64,000 nt of DNA from Planctomycetaceae bacterium (lineage in GTDB: Bacteria; Planctomycetota; Planctomycetia; Pirellulales; UBA1268): NCBI GenBank assembly GCA_947481985.1, contig CANKIK010000007.1, forward strand, positions 2,331 to 66,330, read 5' to 3'. The notes beneath the pieces are model-generated. The model had not been told where the DNA came from. It saw nothing but the letters and a program-made list of their open reading frames with translations, and did not search any database. Every line of letters begins with the position of its first letter. The first letter of the stretch is position 1. Below are positions 8,394 through 18,937 of the stretch, one piece after another. The position numbers and the translations under genes were made by a program.

Positions 8394-11300
8394 GACAGCG
8401 TCCGCGCGACTTCCTCGATCCGGTAGCACTCGAAGATATCGCCCTCCTTGATGTCGTTGAATCCGTTGAGTTTGATGCCGCACTCCAAACCATCGCGGAC
8501 CTCGCGGGCGTCGTCTTTCTCCCGCTTCAGCGATTCAAGTCCATAGTCCCCGAGGATGCGGTTGTCGCGGATCACCCGCAGCCGGCCGTTCCGGGCAATG
8601 ACCCCAGAGATCACACGGCAACCGGCGATCACGCCGATGCGACTGATGGAGTAGGTCCGCTGCACCAAGGCACGGCCCAGTTCTGTTTCCCGCTTCTCTG
8701 GCGCGAGCATTCCCTCAAGAGCATCCTTGAGGTCGTCGGTGACCTGGTAAATGATCTCGTAACGCCGCACCTGCACGCCGAGATCCTCGGCCAGCGACCG
8801 GGCACGTTCGTCGGGAACAACGTTGAAAGCGATGATCACCGCGTCTGAAGCATCCGCCAGTTGCACGTCCGCTTCGGTCACCCCACCCACCGTCGCCTGA
8901 AGAATTCGAATCTTGACCTCGGGATGATCGAGCTTGGTGAGTTCCTTGAGAATCGCCTCGATCGACCCACGCACATCCGCCCTGACAATAAGATTGAGCG
9001 TTGGAGTCTTCTGGGTACCGAGACGGTCGAGGAGATTCTCGAGCGTCACATGCACCGGCGTACTGGAGAGACTGCTGTGGCGGCGGATGCCACTGCGCTT
9101 CAGCGCCACCTCGCGTGCCATGGCGATCGAATCGACCACCTGGAAGCGGTCACCCGCCCCCGGGGCAATGTCGAGTCCACTGACCAGCACTGGCTGGGAG
9201 GGGCCGGCCTCGGTAAGCCGTTTCTTGCCAAGCGTGTCTCGCATTGCCTTGACGGTGCCGCTGGCCTCTCCGCAGACGATTGAATCACCGACCCGGAGCG
9301 TCCCCTTCTGGACAAGGAGACAGGCCGAAACACCTCGCCCCTCGTGGATCGACGCATCGAGACAGACGCCGGCAGCCGCCCGATCCTGATTGGCACGCAG
9401 GTCGTGCAGTTCAGCGATCGTCAGCAGCATGTCGAGAAGTTGGTCGACCCCCTCGCCGGTGAGGGCACTGGTCTTCACCACTTCCGTCTCGCCGCCCCAC
9501 TCCGTGGGGAGGAGGTCGCTGGCGGCCAGTTGCTGGTAGATCCGCTGGATATCGAAACCAGGAAGATCGATCTTATTGATGCAAACCACGATCGGCACGC
9601 CGGCCGCCTTGGCATGGCTGATTGCTTCCTCGGTCTGGGGCATGATGCCGTCGTCGGCGGCAATCACCACCACAGCGCAGTCGGTGACGTTCGCACCGCG
9701 AGCCCGCATCTGTGTGAAAGCCTCGTGGCCCGGCGTATCGACAAAGGTGATCGCCTTGTCGTTGCGGTGAACGCTATACGCCCGGATGTGCTGGGTAATA
9801 CCACCACTTTCGCGGGCGGCAACATTCATTCCCAGAATGCGGTCCAAGAGCGATGTCTTGCCATGGTCGACGTGACCGAGGAAAGTCACAACAGGAGCCC
9901 GCGACTCACGCTTGGCCGGATCCTCATCGATGGCGTCGAAGCCGGCAAGCAGATCTTTCTCGAGGTCTTCAGCCGTCTTCAGATCGAGTTGCACGCCCAA
10001 CTCGGCCGCCAGTAAATCGACCGTGTCGCGATCGAGCATCGAGCCCATGCTGGGCATCGACTGCATGCCGAAAGCGAGCAGTTTCTTGAGGACCGCACTC
10101 GCCGAGAGGCCGATCGCTTCAGAGAAGGCCCGCACGGTGCAGGGGACCTGAATGGAGGCATTGGTTTTTCGAGGAGCCGCCGTGGAGACCGTACTCCCGC
10201 GGCGCTGCCGTGCCCGACGGCGGCGGGCAGCACCATCGTCATCATCACCGCCGCCACGCGATTCAACGCGCTTGCGGTTGAGTTGCCTCGCCTCGCGGCC
10301 ACCGAGCAAATCGTCGCCTTGACCAGGCCCCTTGGCAGGGGTGCGGCGCGGACGAACCCCCGACTCCATCGGTGGCGGCACAGGAGCCATGCCGGGGCCA
10401 CCGCGGCCAGCGGGTCGGGCAGGGCCCCCCGGACCAGCCGTCCGTGCCCGAGCCACTTCGGCCTGCCGCTGTTCGTGCTTCCGCATGTGATCAGCAAGCG
10501 GCTTGGCGCCACCTGCCTTGGCGCTACGGATAGCATCCAGGGGAAGTTTGACGTCGGGCTTCTGCGCTGCCGGTTCTTGGGGACCACGAGTGACTGGCGG
10601 CCGACCCGCCGAGGGGAGCGGCGCTAGTTTGAAGGCTGGACGCGGCGCCGGCTTGGGACCGTCGCCGCCAGGGCGGAGACCAACCGGCCGAGGACGGGGC
10701 TCGGATGGCTTGCCGCCGATTTCGGGCGGCCTACTGCGGGCTACACCGCCCGGGGCGATGTAGTCCTCACGGCGCACCGGGCCAGCAGGACGGCTGATGG
10801 GGGGAGGCAGAGGGGCAATCGGCCGCTGCGGAGCGGGCAGGCTGCTACGGACAGGGGCAGAATCGCCAGAAGCATCGCTTCGACTACCAGCCTCGGCTCC
10901 ACGGGGTTGCTCCGCGGTACGGCGCAGCCCACCCCCATCACCAGGACGGGGAGTGACTGTTCCAGACGGACCACCCAACGAAGGACGAAGTGACGGACCA
11001 AGCGGTCGCTGGACTGGGCTTGCGCCAGCGGAACCTGCGCTGCTCACGCCAGCGGAACCCGGGCTTGCGGCAGCGGGCCCCGCAGAGACTGCCGGAAGGG
11101 CGCCTTCAGCGGGGGGAGATGGGGGCTGCTTGACCGTCGACGCAGCCGACGGCTTGGAGGGAATGACTGGGGGCCTTCCGGAGGTCGTTGGCCGACCAGC
11201 GGCGGAAGGACGGACCATCGTTGGTCCGGAAGCCGTACGCTCAGGAGCCTTGGCCTTACCGGCCATAAACTCCCTGAGCTTGGCAACCTCCTCGTCGGTC

Positions 11301-11413
11301 ATGCTGGCGAGGGCCGAGCCTTTGTCCTGGATGCCGGCGCGGGAACATAACTCGACAAGCTCCTTGCTGTCGAGTTTCAGTTCCTTCGCCAGGGTGTAAA
11401 TGCGAACTGCCAC
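8390..11413 (-). CDS. infB: Translation initiation factor IF-2
   Basis: N-terminal [10 protein letters not shown]; [30 protein letters not shown]; C-terminal [19 protein letters not shown] start at 11413 preceded by GAGGTGA. Confidence 0.98.
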   Translation of the reverse strand: MAVRIYTLAKELKLDSKELVELCSRAGIQDKGSALASMTDEEVAKLREFMAGKAKAPERTASGPTMVRPSAAGRPTTSGRPPVIPSKPSAASTVKQPPSPPAEGALPAVSAGPAAASPGSAGVSSAGSAGASPVQRPLGPSLRPSLGGPSGTVTPRPGDGGGLRRTAEQPRGAEAGSRSDASGDSAPVRSSLPAPQRPIAPLPPPISRPAGPVRREDYIAPGGVARSRPPEIGGKPSEPRPRPVGLRPGGDGPKPAPRPAFKLAPLPSAGRPPVTRGPQEPAAQKPDVKLPLDAIRSAKAGGAKPLADHMRKHEQRQAEVARARTAGPGGPARPAGRGGPGMAPVPPPMESGVRPRRTPAKGPGQGDDLLGGREARQLNRKRVESRGGGDDDDGAARRRRARQRRGSTVSTAAPRKTNASIQVPCTVRAFSEAIGLSASAVLKKLLAFGMQSMPSMGSMLDRDTVDLLAAELGVQLDLKTAEDLEKDLLAGFDAIDEDPAKRESRAPVVTFLGHVDHGKTSLLDRILGMNVAARESGGITQHIRAYSVHRNDKAITFVDTPGHEAFTQMRARGANVTDCAVVVIAADDGIMPQTEEAISHAKAAGVPIVVCINKIDLPGFDIQRIYQQLAASDLLPTEWGGETEVVKTSALTGEGVDQLLDMLLTIAELHDLRANQDRAAAGVCLDASIHEGRGVSACLLVQKGTLRVGDSIVCGEASGTVKAMRDTLGKKRLTEAGPSQPVLVSGLDIAPGAGDRFQVVDSIAMAREVALKRSGIRRHSSLSSTPVHVTLENLLDRLGTQKTPTLNLIVRADVRGSIEAILKELTKLDHPEVKIRILQATVGGVTEADVQLADASDAVIIAFNVVPDERARSLAEDLGVQVRRYEIIYQVTDDLKDALEGMLAPEKRETELGRALVQRTYSISRIGVIAGCRVISGVIARNGRLRVIRDNRILGDYGLESLKREKDDAREVRDGLECGIKLNGFNDIKEGDIFECYRIEEVARTLS

Positions 11414-11629
11414 GCTCACCTCGTCGGACGACCGCTCTCGTGACCACAGCCTCGGAAACACTCCGGGCACCAAGGGCCCAAGCTTCCGATCCAGAAAACC
11501 TAACCGGAATGCTCAACCTTGCAAAACAATACCAACCACATCCCCAACGCCAGCCATGCCAAACCGCTGGCAAAAGTGCGAAAAACGACCAAATCCCCAC
11601 TCCCGACAAGACATTTGCACGCCTGACCA

Positions 11630-12973
11630 TCACTCCGGCCCGCCCACCGTGGCAGCACCGCCATCCGCGGCGTCAGCCACACCGGCCTCCGCCGCACCAG
11701 CAGCAGCGGCCGCAGCTGCCCGCGTCTCATTGAGCACCCGCTCGACAGCATCTGCCTCCGCGGTCGCCTTGTCGATCCGATCCTGCTCACGGTGCTTGCG
11801 GCGCTCATCCGCGGCGGCCGCTTCGGCCTCCGTCGCTCGCGACTCTGCCACCAGAACGATCTGATCAACTGCTTCTGCGGTCAGCCCACCCATCTCCATC
11901 AGGTCATCGGGTTCGATCACCGACAGGTCGTCGTAGGAGAGAAAGCCCTCGCCGACGAGCTTCTCGGCCAGGGACTCATCAAGCCCCTCGATCGACGAGA
12001 AACCAGTGACAGCCCGTTCGATCTGCTGATCGAGCTCCTCGCGAGTCATGATCTCGATATCCCAGCCACAGAGCTTGCTCGCCAGACGGACATTCTGCCC
12101 GCGACGACCGATGGCTAGGGAGAGCTGATCCTCGCGCACCAAGACAATACCCCGTCCGAGCATCTGACAGAGGATCACCTCGTCCACCTCGGCAGGCTGC
12201 AGCGCGTTCGGAACGAGCACTTGGAGGTCGTCGCTCCAGCGGACGATGTCGATCCGTTCGCCGCCGAGTTCCTCAACGATATTCTTAATGCGGTTACCAC
12301 GGACACCGACACAGGCCCCGACGCAGTCGACACGGGCGTCGGAACTGATCACGGCGACCTTGCTGCGGTAGCCAGGCTCACGAGAAATGGCCCTGATCTC
12401 AATCACGCCATCAGCGATTTCGGGGATTTCCTGCTCAAACAGCCGCTGAACGAGTTGCGGGCGGATCCGGGAGAGAATGATCTTCACCCGGCTTCCAACC
12501 TTGCGGACCTCAAAGATGGTCGCCCGGATCCGTTCGTTGGGATGAAACGTCTCGCCGGGGATCTGCTCACTACGGGGCAGGATGGCCTCGGTGTTGGCGC
12601 CAAGCGTCACGGTGGCAGTGGCGCCCTCGAACCGGCTCACAACCCCCGACACCATCAGTCCGATCTGCTCTTCAAACTCATCGTGAATGGCGTCGCGTTC
12701 CGCTTCGCGGATCTTCTGGATGATGACCTGCTTCGCGGTCTGGGCGCCAATCCGTCCGGAGAGTTCCTGGGTGTCAATCTCCACCCCATCCCGGGTGCCG
12801 CTGACGCGACCATCGGCACGATCGATGCCAACTTGAATGTCGGCTGCCTCGCCGTACTGACGGGCCAGCGCCGTGGCCAGTGCCGCTTCAATCGCCTGGA
12901 AGACGATTTCCTTGTCGATGTTTTTATCGCGGTGGATCGCGTCGACGATGCGGAGGATTTCTTCTGGCTTCAT
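11630..12973 (-). CDS. nusA: Transcription termination/antitermination factor NusA
   Basis: [22 protein letters not shown]1 domain, [35 protein letters not shown]. Start at ATG 12973 (MKPEEIL). Confidence 0.97.
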   Translation of the reverse strand: MKPEEILRIVDAIHRDKNIDKEIVFQAIEAALATALARQYGEAADIQVGIDRADGRVSGTRDGVEIDTQELSGRIGAQTAKQVIIQKIREAERDAIHDEFEEQIGLMVSGVVSRFEGATATVTLGANTEAILPRSEQIPGETFHPNERIRATIFEVRKVGSRVKIILSRIRPQLVQRLFEQEIPEIADGVIEIRAISREPGYRSKVAVISSDARVDCVGACVGVRGNRIKNIVEELGGERIDIVRWSDDLQVLVPNALQPAEVDEVILCQMLGRGIVLVREDQLSLAIGRRGQNVRLASKLCGWDIEIMTREELDQQIERAVTGFSSIEGLDESLAEKLVGEGFLSYDDLSVIEPDDLMEMGGLTAEAVDQIVLVAESRATEAEAAAADERRKHREQDRIDKATAEADAVERVLNETRAAAAAAAGAAEAGVADAADGGAATVGGPE

Positions 12974-13282
12974 GAATGTCTCAGACAGCGATTCCGGCAA
13001 TTTCGTGCGCGAACGGACCGTGGCAAGCCTGCGGACGGCTCTGCCTGGATGGCACTGCCGGCGAGCCGACGCCATACACGAACTGGTCGCCCGCCACACA
13101 AGCCCGCGTCTGGGGGGCGCACAAGCGTCTCCCGTACGCGCTTCTGAGACAGCGCACCCAAGAACCAGCAGCTTCTCCACGAGGCACAACCCGTGAAGGT
13201 ATGGGCACGGGCACCGACTGTCAAGGAGCCGCCCTTGTTCGGGCGACGGATCCCCCTCGGCGGTGAGCGGTAGAAGGGGGCC

Positions 13283-14608
13283 TTAAGCCCCTAGATTCCA
13301 GCCTCCGATGATGACGCAACCAGCTTGGCCCTGCGGTGTCACCGACGAGGAAATGAATGAAGTGCCAGCGTCTTCGCCCGAGACGGCGGCCCGAATCTGG
13401 CAATCCGGGTCGGGCGTACGGTAGTTGAGCAACGGAAACAGGGCCCCAGCCCGCATCGCCATCAGGCTGGCGATGCACTCCACCAACCCGCTGCCGGCTC
13501 CGAGATTTCCGAAGTGTCCCTTGGCTGCAACGGTGGGAATCCGCTCGACGGCATCGCCAAACACGTCGGCGAGGGCAGCCGCCTCATCGCGGTCGCCGGC
13601 CACCGTACTGACCCCATGCGCATGGATGTGGGAGGGGAGACCCATCGGCAATCGAGCCATTTCCACAGCCCGCCGCATCGCCAGCCCCAGCGCCCTGCGG
13701 CGGAGGCCGACACCGCGGGAGTCATTGGCACTGCGGGCAGCGTGGCCGAGGACCTCGCCGTAGATCCGCGCCCCACGGGCGGTAGCGTGGGAAAACTCCT
13801 CAAGGACCAGCACTGCGGCCCCTTCGCCGAGCACCATGCCCCGGCGCTGGCGATCAAAAGGTCGGCTCCAACTCCGCGGATCGTCATCACCAAAGGCCAC
13901 CTGCTCGCACTGCAACGCATGCACCGTCTTCATCGGATGCACCCGGGTCCCGGTCGCACCGGCCAGCATGACGTCGGCTGCGCCTCGCTGGATCGTCACT
14001 GTTGCCTCGCCGACTGCCAGATGGCCGCTGGCCTCCCGGAGCGTCAGCGAGTTACTCGGGCCGCGGAGGTCGTTGTAGATGGCGATGTGGCTGGCGGGCA
14101 TGTTGGGAAGATATTTGAGCAGCCACAGCGGGGTCAGTTGGGGCATGCCATCACTGGCCCAGCGATCGAATTCAAAACCGCCGTCGGCACCGCGGCAACG
14201 GGCCACGCTGGCGGTGAAGTCCTCAGGCAGGGTCAGCATGTAATCCGAGCCGAAGACGCAGCCAAACCGCTCAGGCCCGTCGGCCGCTGTGGAGATGCCA
14301 CAGTCGTGCAGCGCCCGCTGGGCCGCTGCCACCCCCATCTGGCTCTCCCGGCACATCACCTTGAGGCCTTTGCGGATGGCCTTCTTGGTCTCCGGCTCGA
14401 GGGGGCCAAAGTTGTCGATCTCTCCGGTGAATCCCCGCGCCTCCGCCGCGTATCGCAGTGGCAACCCACCGGCATCGAACGATTCCAGAGGGCCGATGGC
14501 ACTCCTCCCCGTCACCAACCCCTGCCAGACATCCTCCAGCCCCAAGCCCAGCGGGCTGACCAGCCCCATGCCGGTGATCACGACGCGACGAACGGGTGCT
14601 GAACTCAT
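13283..14608 (-). CDS. Beta-ketoacyl-ACP synthase family protein with substituted catalytic residues (Cys->Glu, second His->Asn)
   Basis: RRVVITGMGLVSPLG, SRPFDRQRRGMVLGEGA and HAHG are KAS II motifs; GPSNSLTLREASG replaces GPNFAVATACAS; KGHFGNLG replaces KSQLGHTLG. Confidence 0.85.
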   Translation of the reverse strand: MSSAPVRRVVITGMGLVSPLGLGLEDVWQGLVTGRSAIGPLESFDAGGLPLRYAAEARGFTGEIDNFGPLEPETKKAIRKGLKVMCRESQMGVAAAQRALHDCGISTAADGPERFGCVFGSDYMLTLPEDFTASVARCRGADGGFEFDRWASDGMPQLTPLWLLKYLPNMPASHIAIYNDLRGPSNSLTLREASGHLAVGEATVTIQRGAADVMLAGATGTRVHPMKTVHALQCEQVAFGDDDPRSWSRPFDRQRRGMVLGEGAAVLVLEEFSHATARGARIYGEVLGHAARSANDSRGVGLRRRALGLAMRRAVEMARLPMGLPSHIHAHGVSTVAGDRDEAAALADVFGDAVERIPTVAAKGHFGNLGAGSGLVECIASLMAMRAGALFPLLNYRTPDPDCQIRAAVSGEDAGTSFISSSVTPQGQAGCVIIGGWNLGA

Positions 14609-14766
14609 GAAGGATTCCTAGACTCTGGCGACGGGGAGCGGCGGACGAATCAGCCAGGCGTGACGGGATCCACCCCGACAGAAGTGATTCGTCTGGTGTG
14701 CCCCACTGGTGTTGATCGACCTTGAGAAAAAGGCGGCCGGGAGGAACCGGCGTCGGGAAGACAGAT

Positions 14767-15804
14767 TCATTGTGCACCGCGGAGCCTGGGCTCCACCAGG
14801 ACGACCACATCGGTCCGCTTGGCGTCGGTGAGCAGGGCGGCGGTGCTGGCGGTATTGTTGCCAGGCACCGGCCAGGGCACCAACCCCAGCCCGACGACCA
14901 GGACCTGGGACACCGGCCATCGGAACCGCTCGCCGATACGGACTGCGGACACCTGCGGAACCTCGATCTGCACTCTCTGGCGTTCAGCAGTGGCCAGTGT
15001 CACCGGCACCGAGGCCATCCGCTCCACCTGATCGATGCGGCAGCGGAGCACTGCCTCCACCGCAGCGCCGTCACGTGTCAGCAGCGGCTGGAGGTCGAGC
15101 GTGATTCCCTCGTCGCACACCCCCGGAAGCGACTGCCATCCGGGCCACGCCGGAGTCAAGGCGACGTCCTGAACATAGGACCTCCGCCGGCCTCCAGAGA
15201 GCACTGCCGGCAAGCCGTTGCCGGCCTGCACCGGTCCGGTGGGGAGCTCTGCGCAGTCACTGCGCTGGCGGAGGAGGGCGGTGAGGTAGGCCGCCTCCTC
15301 GCGGGACATGATCCAGGCCTGAACTCCGGGGGTCGCTGCCGGGATCGACCGCAGCATTTTTCGAGCATCGTTCCGCCATGACGGGCTCCCGACCCCCAGG
15401 ACGCGAACCGTAAAGCGGTGGGGCGAAGAGGCGTCAGACACGAACCGAGCCACGATCTCCTCGACACGGGCCTGCATCTCGGGGACGTGAAAGGAACGCA
15501 GCGTCTCCTCATCAGCAGAGAGCGAGGCCGGGGTGGCTCCATGCCAGGCAGCGTATCCAGTCTCTTGGAGTACCCAATCAACGATGTGCTTTTGGCTGCC
15601 AGCTCCGGCCTGCTGCACCCACGGGCTGATGTCGTGGGACTTCCATGTCTGGCCAGATTCTGCGGGCAACTGGCCCCGGGCTTGCTGCACAAGCCCCCCC
15701 CAAACAACCAGCGCGCAGACCAGTATCGAGCAGGGAACCGCTATCGAGGAGGGAACCGCCAATAGGGAGCCTGCGCGAAAGAGTTCTCGGGGGAAGATTC
15801 GCAT
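14767..15804 (-). CDS. Exported hypothetical protein; C-terminus loosely resembles secretin/GspD-like beta-strand patterns
   Basis: Signal-like N-terminus ending ..QARG; fills the gap between fabF and the atypical KS on the same strand. Confidence 0.55.
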   Translation of the reverse strand: MRIFPRELFRAGSLLAVPSSIAVPCSILVCALVVWGGLVQQARGQLPAESGQTWKSHDISPWVQQAGAGSQKHIVDWVLQETGYAAWHGATPASLSADEETLRSFHVPEMQARVEEIVARFVSDASSPHRFTVRVLGVGSPSWRNDARKMLRSIPAATPGVQAWIMSREEAAYLTALLRQRSDCAELPTGPVQAGNGLPAVLSGGRRRSYVQDVALTPAWPGWQSLPGVCDEGITLDLQPLLTRDGAAVEAVLRCRIDQVERMASVPVTLATAERQRVQIEVPQVSAVRIGERFRWPVSQVLVVGLGLVPWPVPGNNTASTAALLTDAKRTDVVVLVEPRLRGAQ

Positions 15805-15951
15805 GCCGAATGCCCCGACGAACGGTGGGCTGGTCGCGGCGGGACTCTAGAAATCGAGCCGAGTGCGTGGCAAGTGGAATCGGGAACAAAAGCCTGGAAA
15901 GTTGCCAGGCAGATCAAAAAAGCGACTCAGACCGCGACCATCGGGAAACGC

Positions 15952-17193
15952 TTATCGCAGCTTTGCGAGAACCAACGATGCATTGTGTCCGCCGAACCCG
16001 AAACTGTTGCTCATCGCAACATCAACCGTGCGCTCACGGGCCACACGGGGCGTGTAATCGAGGTCGCAATCAGGGTCCGGGTTGTCGAGATTGATCGTCG
16101 GCGCGATCACCCCCTTCGAGACAGTCAGTGCACAGACCACCATCTCGATGCCACCGCTGGCCCCGAGAGTGTGGCCGAGTTGGCTCTTCGTGCTGGAGAT
16201 CGCCAGCCGTGAGGCGTGGGCTCCGAAGACCCGCTTCATCGCCATCGTCTCGGCTTTGTCGCCCAGCGGGGTGCTTGTTCCATGGGCGTTGATGTAACTG
16301 ATCGCGTCGGGCGAAAGCCCGGAATCGGCGAGAGCCAGCGCCATCGCCTTGGCGGCCCCGCGCCCCTCCTCATCAGGCTGCGTAATGTGCCCGGCGTCGC
16401 CGGTGGCGCCGTAGCCGAGCAGTTCACCGTAGATCCTGGCACCGCGCCGGCGGGCGTGTTCCAGCTCTTCGATCACTACCACGCCAGCCCCCTCCGCGAG
16501 GACAAATCCATCACGATCACGGTCGAAGGGACGACTGGCCTGTTGCGGGGCGTCGGCGCGGAATGAGAGGGCACGCATGTTCTGGAATCCCGCCAGCCCC
16601 ATCGGTGTCAGTGCCGCCTCGCTGCCCCCAGTGACCATCACGTCGGCGTCACCAGACTGGATCGCCCGCAAGGCACAGCCGATTGAGTTGCCGGCACTGG
16701 CACAAGCCGTGGCAACCGCGAAATTCGGCCCCTTGATGCCGTACATCGTGGAGACGTGACCACTCGCCGAGTTGACCATCAACTTGGGGATCGTGAATGG
16801 GGAAACCTTGTCGATCCCCTTGGTCAACAACCGCTCGTGCTGTGACTCGAATTCCGCAAGGCCACCGATCCCCGAGCCGATCACCACTCCGCAGCGGTAC
16901 GGGTCTTCGCGAGAGAAATCCAATCCTGAGTCTTTCACGGCATCTGCCGCGGAAGCCATCGCAAACTGGGTGAACCGGTCGAGTCGGCGGAGTTCCTTGG
17001 GATTGGCGATCCCCTGTTCCTCGGCGGCCCAGGACACCTCTCCGGCGAACTGCACCTTGAACGCACTCACGTCAAACAACGTGACCGCACCAACGCCACT
17101 GTCCCCGCGGACAAGGCGCTCCCAGAAAACATCCACGGGGCGGCCCAGTGACGTAACCACGCCCAGACCGGTAACGACGACGCGACGCTTCAT
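15952..17193 (-). CDS. fabF: 3-oxoacyl-ACP synthase II
   Basis: ATACAS (catalytic Cys), INAHGTST, KSQLGHTLGA, SNSFGFGGHNA. Confidence 0.97.
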   Translation of the reverse strand: MKRRVVVTGLGVVTSLGRPVDVFWERLVRGDSGVGAVTLFDVSAFKVQFAGEVSWAAEEQGIANPKELRRLDRFTQFAMASAADAVKDSGLDFSREDPYRCGVVIGSGIGGLAEFESQHERLLTKGIDKVSPFTIPKLMVNSASGHVSTMYGIKGPNFAVATACASAGNSIGCALRAIQSGDADVMVTGGSEAALTPMGLAGFQNMRALSFRADAPQQASRPFDRDRDGFVLAEGAGVVVIEELEHARRRGARIYGELLGYGATGDAGHITQPDEEGRGAAKAMALALADSGLSPDAISYINAHGTSTPLGDKAETMAMKRVFGAHASRLAISSTKSQLGHTLGASGGIEMVVCALTVSKGVIAPTINLDNPDPDCDLDYTPRVARERTVDVAMSNSFGFGGHNASLVLAKLR

Positions 17194-17204
17194 TCAAGGC
17201 ACCG

Positions 17205-17441
17205 TCAGGCCTGGTGCTTCTCGATGAACTCCACCGCCTGACCCACAGTCTGGATCTTTTCGGCAGCGTCATCGGGGATGTTGATCTCGAACTCTTCCTC
17301 GAGTTCCATGACCAGTTCGACCGTATCGAGCGAATCGGCCCCCAGGTCGTTGATGAACGACGTCTCCGGGGTGATCTGCTCCTTACTCACCCCCAACTGG
17401 GACGCGACGATGTCGATCACGCGGTCTTGGACGGAAGCCAC
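17205..17441 (-). CDS. acpP: Acyl carrier protein
   Basis: [20 protein letters not shown]; GTG start with GGAGG RBS. Confidence 0.97.
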   Translation of the reverse strand: MASVQDRVIDIVASQLGVSKEQITPETSFINDLGADSLDTVELVMELEEEFEINIPDDAAEKIQTVGQAVEFIEKHQA

Positions 17442-17653
17442 CTTATGAATCCTCCTGGCACACCATCCACCAAAGCGTGGACGGAACAAACGGGCTGAAA
17501 AAAATAACGGTTTTGGTCGGAATGCTTAACGATACCAGCGGAACGACCGCCTGCGGAACCAACGCTCTGCTGGGAACATGACCAAACGGCCTGGAATACT
17601 TCGCTGCCGCGTCGGACCGATGCTGCAGTCAGGGCAACGCAGGATCCCGGGGG

Positions 17654-17683
17654 ACTCTACTCGCTCGAGAACTTTACGCTCAA
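17654..17683 (-). promoter_or_regulatory. Putative sigma70-type promoter for acpP-fabF (TTGAGC-N18-TAGAGT)
   Basis: Minus strand reads TTGAGC gtaaagttctcgagcgag TAGAGT, about 210 bp upstream of acpP in a less GC-rich spacer. Confidence 0.4.
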
Positions 17684-18060
17684 GACTTTTTACGGGGGGG
17701 AACTCTCCAAGCACGTGCACTTTACACGCAGGGACTCCTTGGAGCGGAGAATAATCGCAGAGGAATTTTCTCGTAGAAGAACTTTCGGGTGATTCCCGCC
17801 TGAGTCTGCAATTGTCTCGCAAAGACTATCCGCTGACGCCGTTCCAGGATCTTTTCGGGCACGTTTCCGGACTGTTTTTTGATGCTGTGAGCCGAGGATC
17901 TCCAGCCGGACCGGGCAAAAAAGCCCCGCTCCACAAGGACCAGATCAGACTCCGAAGATATACCCGCTTCGCCCCCAAACTGTCCAGACCGAATGAACCT
18001 GCCTGTCTCCCTATCCTGCCGAGACATGAAAGCCAATTCCGGCTCTCCGCCCCGAGGTCG

Positions 18061-18855
18061 TCAGCCTATCAGCCCGCCGTCGATCGTCACCACCTGGGCA
18101 GTGATGTATCCAGAGGAAGGCGCCACGAGGAACAGCACGGCCTCTGCGATCTCCCAAGCCTCGCCCAGCCGTTTCGCCGGCACTCGCTTCTTGACCTCGT
18201 CGAGCAACGCCGGGCCGAGGGCGGCTGTCATGTCGCTGGCGATGAAACCCGGGGCGACGGCGTTGACCGTCACCTTCCGGCCGGCCAGTTCCTTTGCCAC
18301 AGTCCGAGTGAGGCCCACGAGACCGGCTTTCGATGCGGAATAGTTGGCTTGCCCAGGGTTTCCGATCAGACCGGAGACGCTGGAGACGTTGACGATCCGG
18401 CCGTACCGCTGCTGCATCATCGGCCTGCTCACCGCCCTCATGAACAGGAACGGCCCACGGAGATTCGTCGAGAGCACTTCGTCCCACTCCTCATCGCTCA
18501 TCCTCGGGAGGAGCGTGTCTCGGGTGACGCCGGCATTGTTGACGAGGATGTCGATCCGCCCGAGTTTCTCAACCACCGCATCGACCGTGGCCGTCACGCT
18601 CTCGGCCTTGGAAACGTCGCTGGGAAACTCCTCCACCTTGCCGCCAACGGCCCGGATGCCAGCGGCCACCTCGGCCAGTTTGGCAGCGTTGCGGGCCACG
18701 ATGGCCACGGTGGCCCCGTTGGCTGCGAGGGTCTCGGCGATTGCCCGTCCGATGCCCTGCGATGCCCCGGTGACGATCGCCACCTGTCCGGTCAGATCAA
18801 CCCGCAACCGTGCCGGGACTGTTGGGGAAGTTTTGTCGCCACTTGCCGCGCTCAT
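18061..18855 (-). CDS. fabG: 3-oxoacyl-ACP reductase
   Basis: TGASQGIG, NNAGVTRD, NYSASKAG, VNAVAPGFI; GGAGG RBS before ATG 18855. Confidence 0.95.
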   Translation of the reverse strand: MSAASGDKTSPTVPARLRVDLTGQVAIVTGASQGIGRAIAETLAANGATVAIVARNAAKLAEVAAGIRAVGGKVEEFPSDVSKAESVTATVDAVVEKLGRIDILVNNAGVTRDTLLPRMSDEEWDEVLSTNLRGPFLFMRAVSRPMMQQRYGRIVNVSSVSGLIGNPGQANYSASKAGLVGLTRTVAKELAGRKVTVNAVAPGFIASDMTAALGPALLDEVKKRVPAKRLGEAWEIAEAVLFLVAPSSGYITAQVVTIDGGLIG

Positions 18856-18937
18856 TGCTGTCCTCCGTGGGAATCTCTTCGGGGGTCCGTGATCGGTCGA
18901 TCGGCAGGCAGGCCTGGGGCGTTTCTCGCCAAGAATT

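Noticed and set aside
10200-11260. Long Pro/Arg/Gly-rich region in infB as an insertion or intein
   Set aside because: Extended low-complexity N-termini are a normal, variable feature of IF-2; no intein motifs are present.
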